Shown here piece after piece: positions 62,599 through 64,000 of a stretch of DNA of 64,000 bases; position 1 is the first letter of the stretch, and each line of letters starts with the position of its first letter. The notes beneath the pieces are model-generated. The model was given only the letters and a program-made list of their open reading frames with translations, did not search any database and was not told the origin of the DNA. Where the stretch lies: contig CP110439.1 in NCBI GenBank assembly GCA_026914245.1, positions 7,688,001 to 7,752,000 on the forward strand, in the 5' to 3' direction. Position numbers and translations under genes: made by a program. The stretch is from Puccinia triticina. Its lineage: Eukaryota.

Positions 62599-64000
62599 AT
62601 TCATGTCCAAGTGTCCTTATTGAAGTGGTTACTACACTTGAAATGAATATAGAGACATGATTTCAACTTCAACTCCCACAGGCCACATAATATTTTATGG
62701 ATTTTCACAGAAACTGGTTACCCACCCAAGTACCTCCCCAGATCACCTGTGGTCCATAGTTGGGGAAGAGGGTGAGATTACAGAGACATGTTCACATGAA
62801 ATATTCACCAAGTACTGGTGCCAGGTGCCTTTTTTTCAAACAAAAAAAAGCAGTGTGGTACCCGGATACCTCTTGCACCCGGTGTGGTAGACGGAAAAGT
62901 GGAAAAATAAAAAGTTTTTTCTATGCCACATAATTATTCATATTAGACCTCAAGATACCATCAAATGGACCCCAGAAATGGATTCTACGGCCAATTTCAC
63001 CCCTAGTCACCACTGGAAGCACCCCTGGAGCCCCTCTAGTGTGGAAGTTACACCCCACCAAACACCTATCACACGGCCAGCCCCAGTAACCCAGCTGTCA
63101 CCTGCCTCAACCCAAGTTTCACAGTAGTACACATATACACATCACAGGATACAAACATAAATCTCCCTGTCAGGCTACACTCATTACATATTAACTACAT
63201 ACACTCCTTTATATACATAGTATGACATCATTTACACTGTTTCTGCAGCCTCAGACTTTGTGTAAACACTAATTCCCCCTGTATGACAGCTCATGCAGTC
63301 TACTGTCACCTCATGCATGCGTTAGAAGGTTCTTTTGTATATTCTGACACCATCCATGCACCCCTGAGGGGTTATGACATCATTTGTATCCACTCCCACC
63401 AGCTAAAATCCCTCACCCTGTTGTCTAGATTAGCTAAAACCCTAACCCACAAGCCCCTTTGGGGCTCCACTTTTGTCTATAAAAGGAGCTCTCTCCACCC
63501 CCAGTGGTCTGCTCCCCAGTTTCTCACCCAGAACTCACAAGTCACCCAACACTCATCCACACTCAAATCCTAAAACCCTTATAACAATAAATCAGCCCTT
63601 TTAACAACAATTCAACCCTTATAACAAAGTAATTAAAACACTTATACGTTGCTGGTCAAACAGATTTCATCTGGAACAGACCAGACCTATCACTTAATAA
63701 AACTTGCCAAGCTGAGCTTGGTGGGTCTTGTTGACTGATAACAGAAGGGCAGAGCTTGCAACTCCATCATACCCTTCACCATTCAGCAAAAGGGTTTAAT
63801 TACCACTTTTGAGTCTTACAAGGGAGTCCCCAACGTGATTGGATAATCTTGTTTGATCAACCACGTGTAACGAACTTCAATCCAACCCAAAGTAATCATC
63901 AAAGGATCTCAACTTTGCCGGTGAAAAGGACCAAGCCCATCAACAACTCTAGTACGGACAGTGGCATATTCATTTATTCCGTTGGACAACTAGTCAACTT

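Larger units (their letters stand above)
62063..62709 (+). mobile_element. Old solo LTR of the tRNA-bearing TRIM family, split by two MITEs
   Basis: Colinear matches to 31220-31465: CCTCAATTAG..ATGTGACACCAGTG | GGATGTTCATT..GCCATT | CATGTCCAAGTGTCCTTA..CATAATATTTTATGGA.TTTCACA. Confidence 0.8.

Noticed and set aside
63261..63820. Possible solo LTR (TGTAA..TTACA with TATAAAA)
   Set aside because: No matching 5-bp TSD and no second copy in the window.

Overview
Eukaryotic, intron-rich fungal genomic DNA. It is most consistent with a rust fungus (Pucciniales, Puccinia-like); this is inferred from gene style and transposon content and was not confirmed by a search. Seven apparently intact host genes are recognisable: SIN3, a secreted type-B carboxylesterase, MOD5-type tRNA isopentenyltransferase, SGF11, HAS1, an amino-acid/GABA-type permease and a Grg1-family protein. 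There is also one pseudogenised secreted-protein gene. The rest is transposon-derived. A complete but inactivated hAT element lies at 4050-6826. A 19.3-kb block between MOD5 and SGF11 (25871-45147) is bounded by long inverted repeats and a near-perfect 8-bp target duplication. It contains: a young LTR mini-retrotransposon (TRIM) with a tRNA-like cloverleaf in each LTR; a CACTA-like element carrying a Rad51-paralogue fragment; a captured dual-specificity phosphatase fragment; a 1.1-kb foldback; and a Ngaro-type tyrosine-recombinase retrotransposon with two further nested elements. Three separate elements share CAAC...GTTG ends and 7-bp target duplications. All boundaries were read by eye. Multi-exon genes are given as start-to-stop spans.
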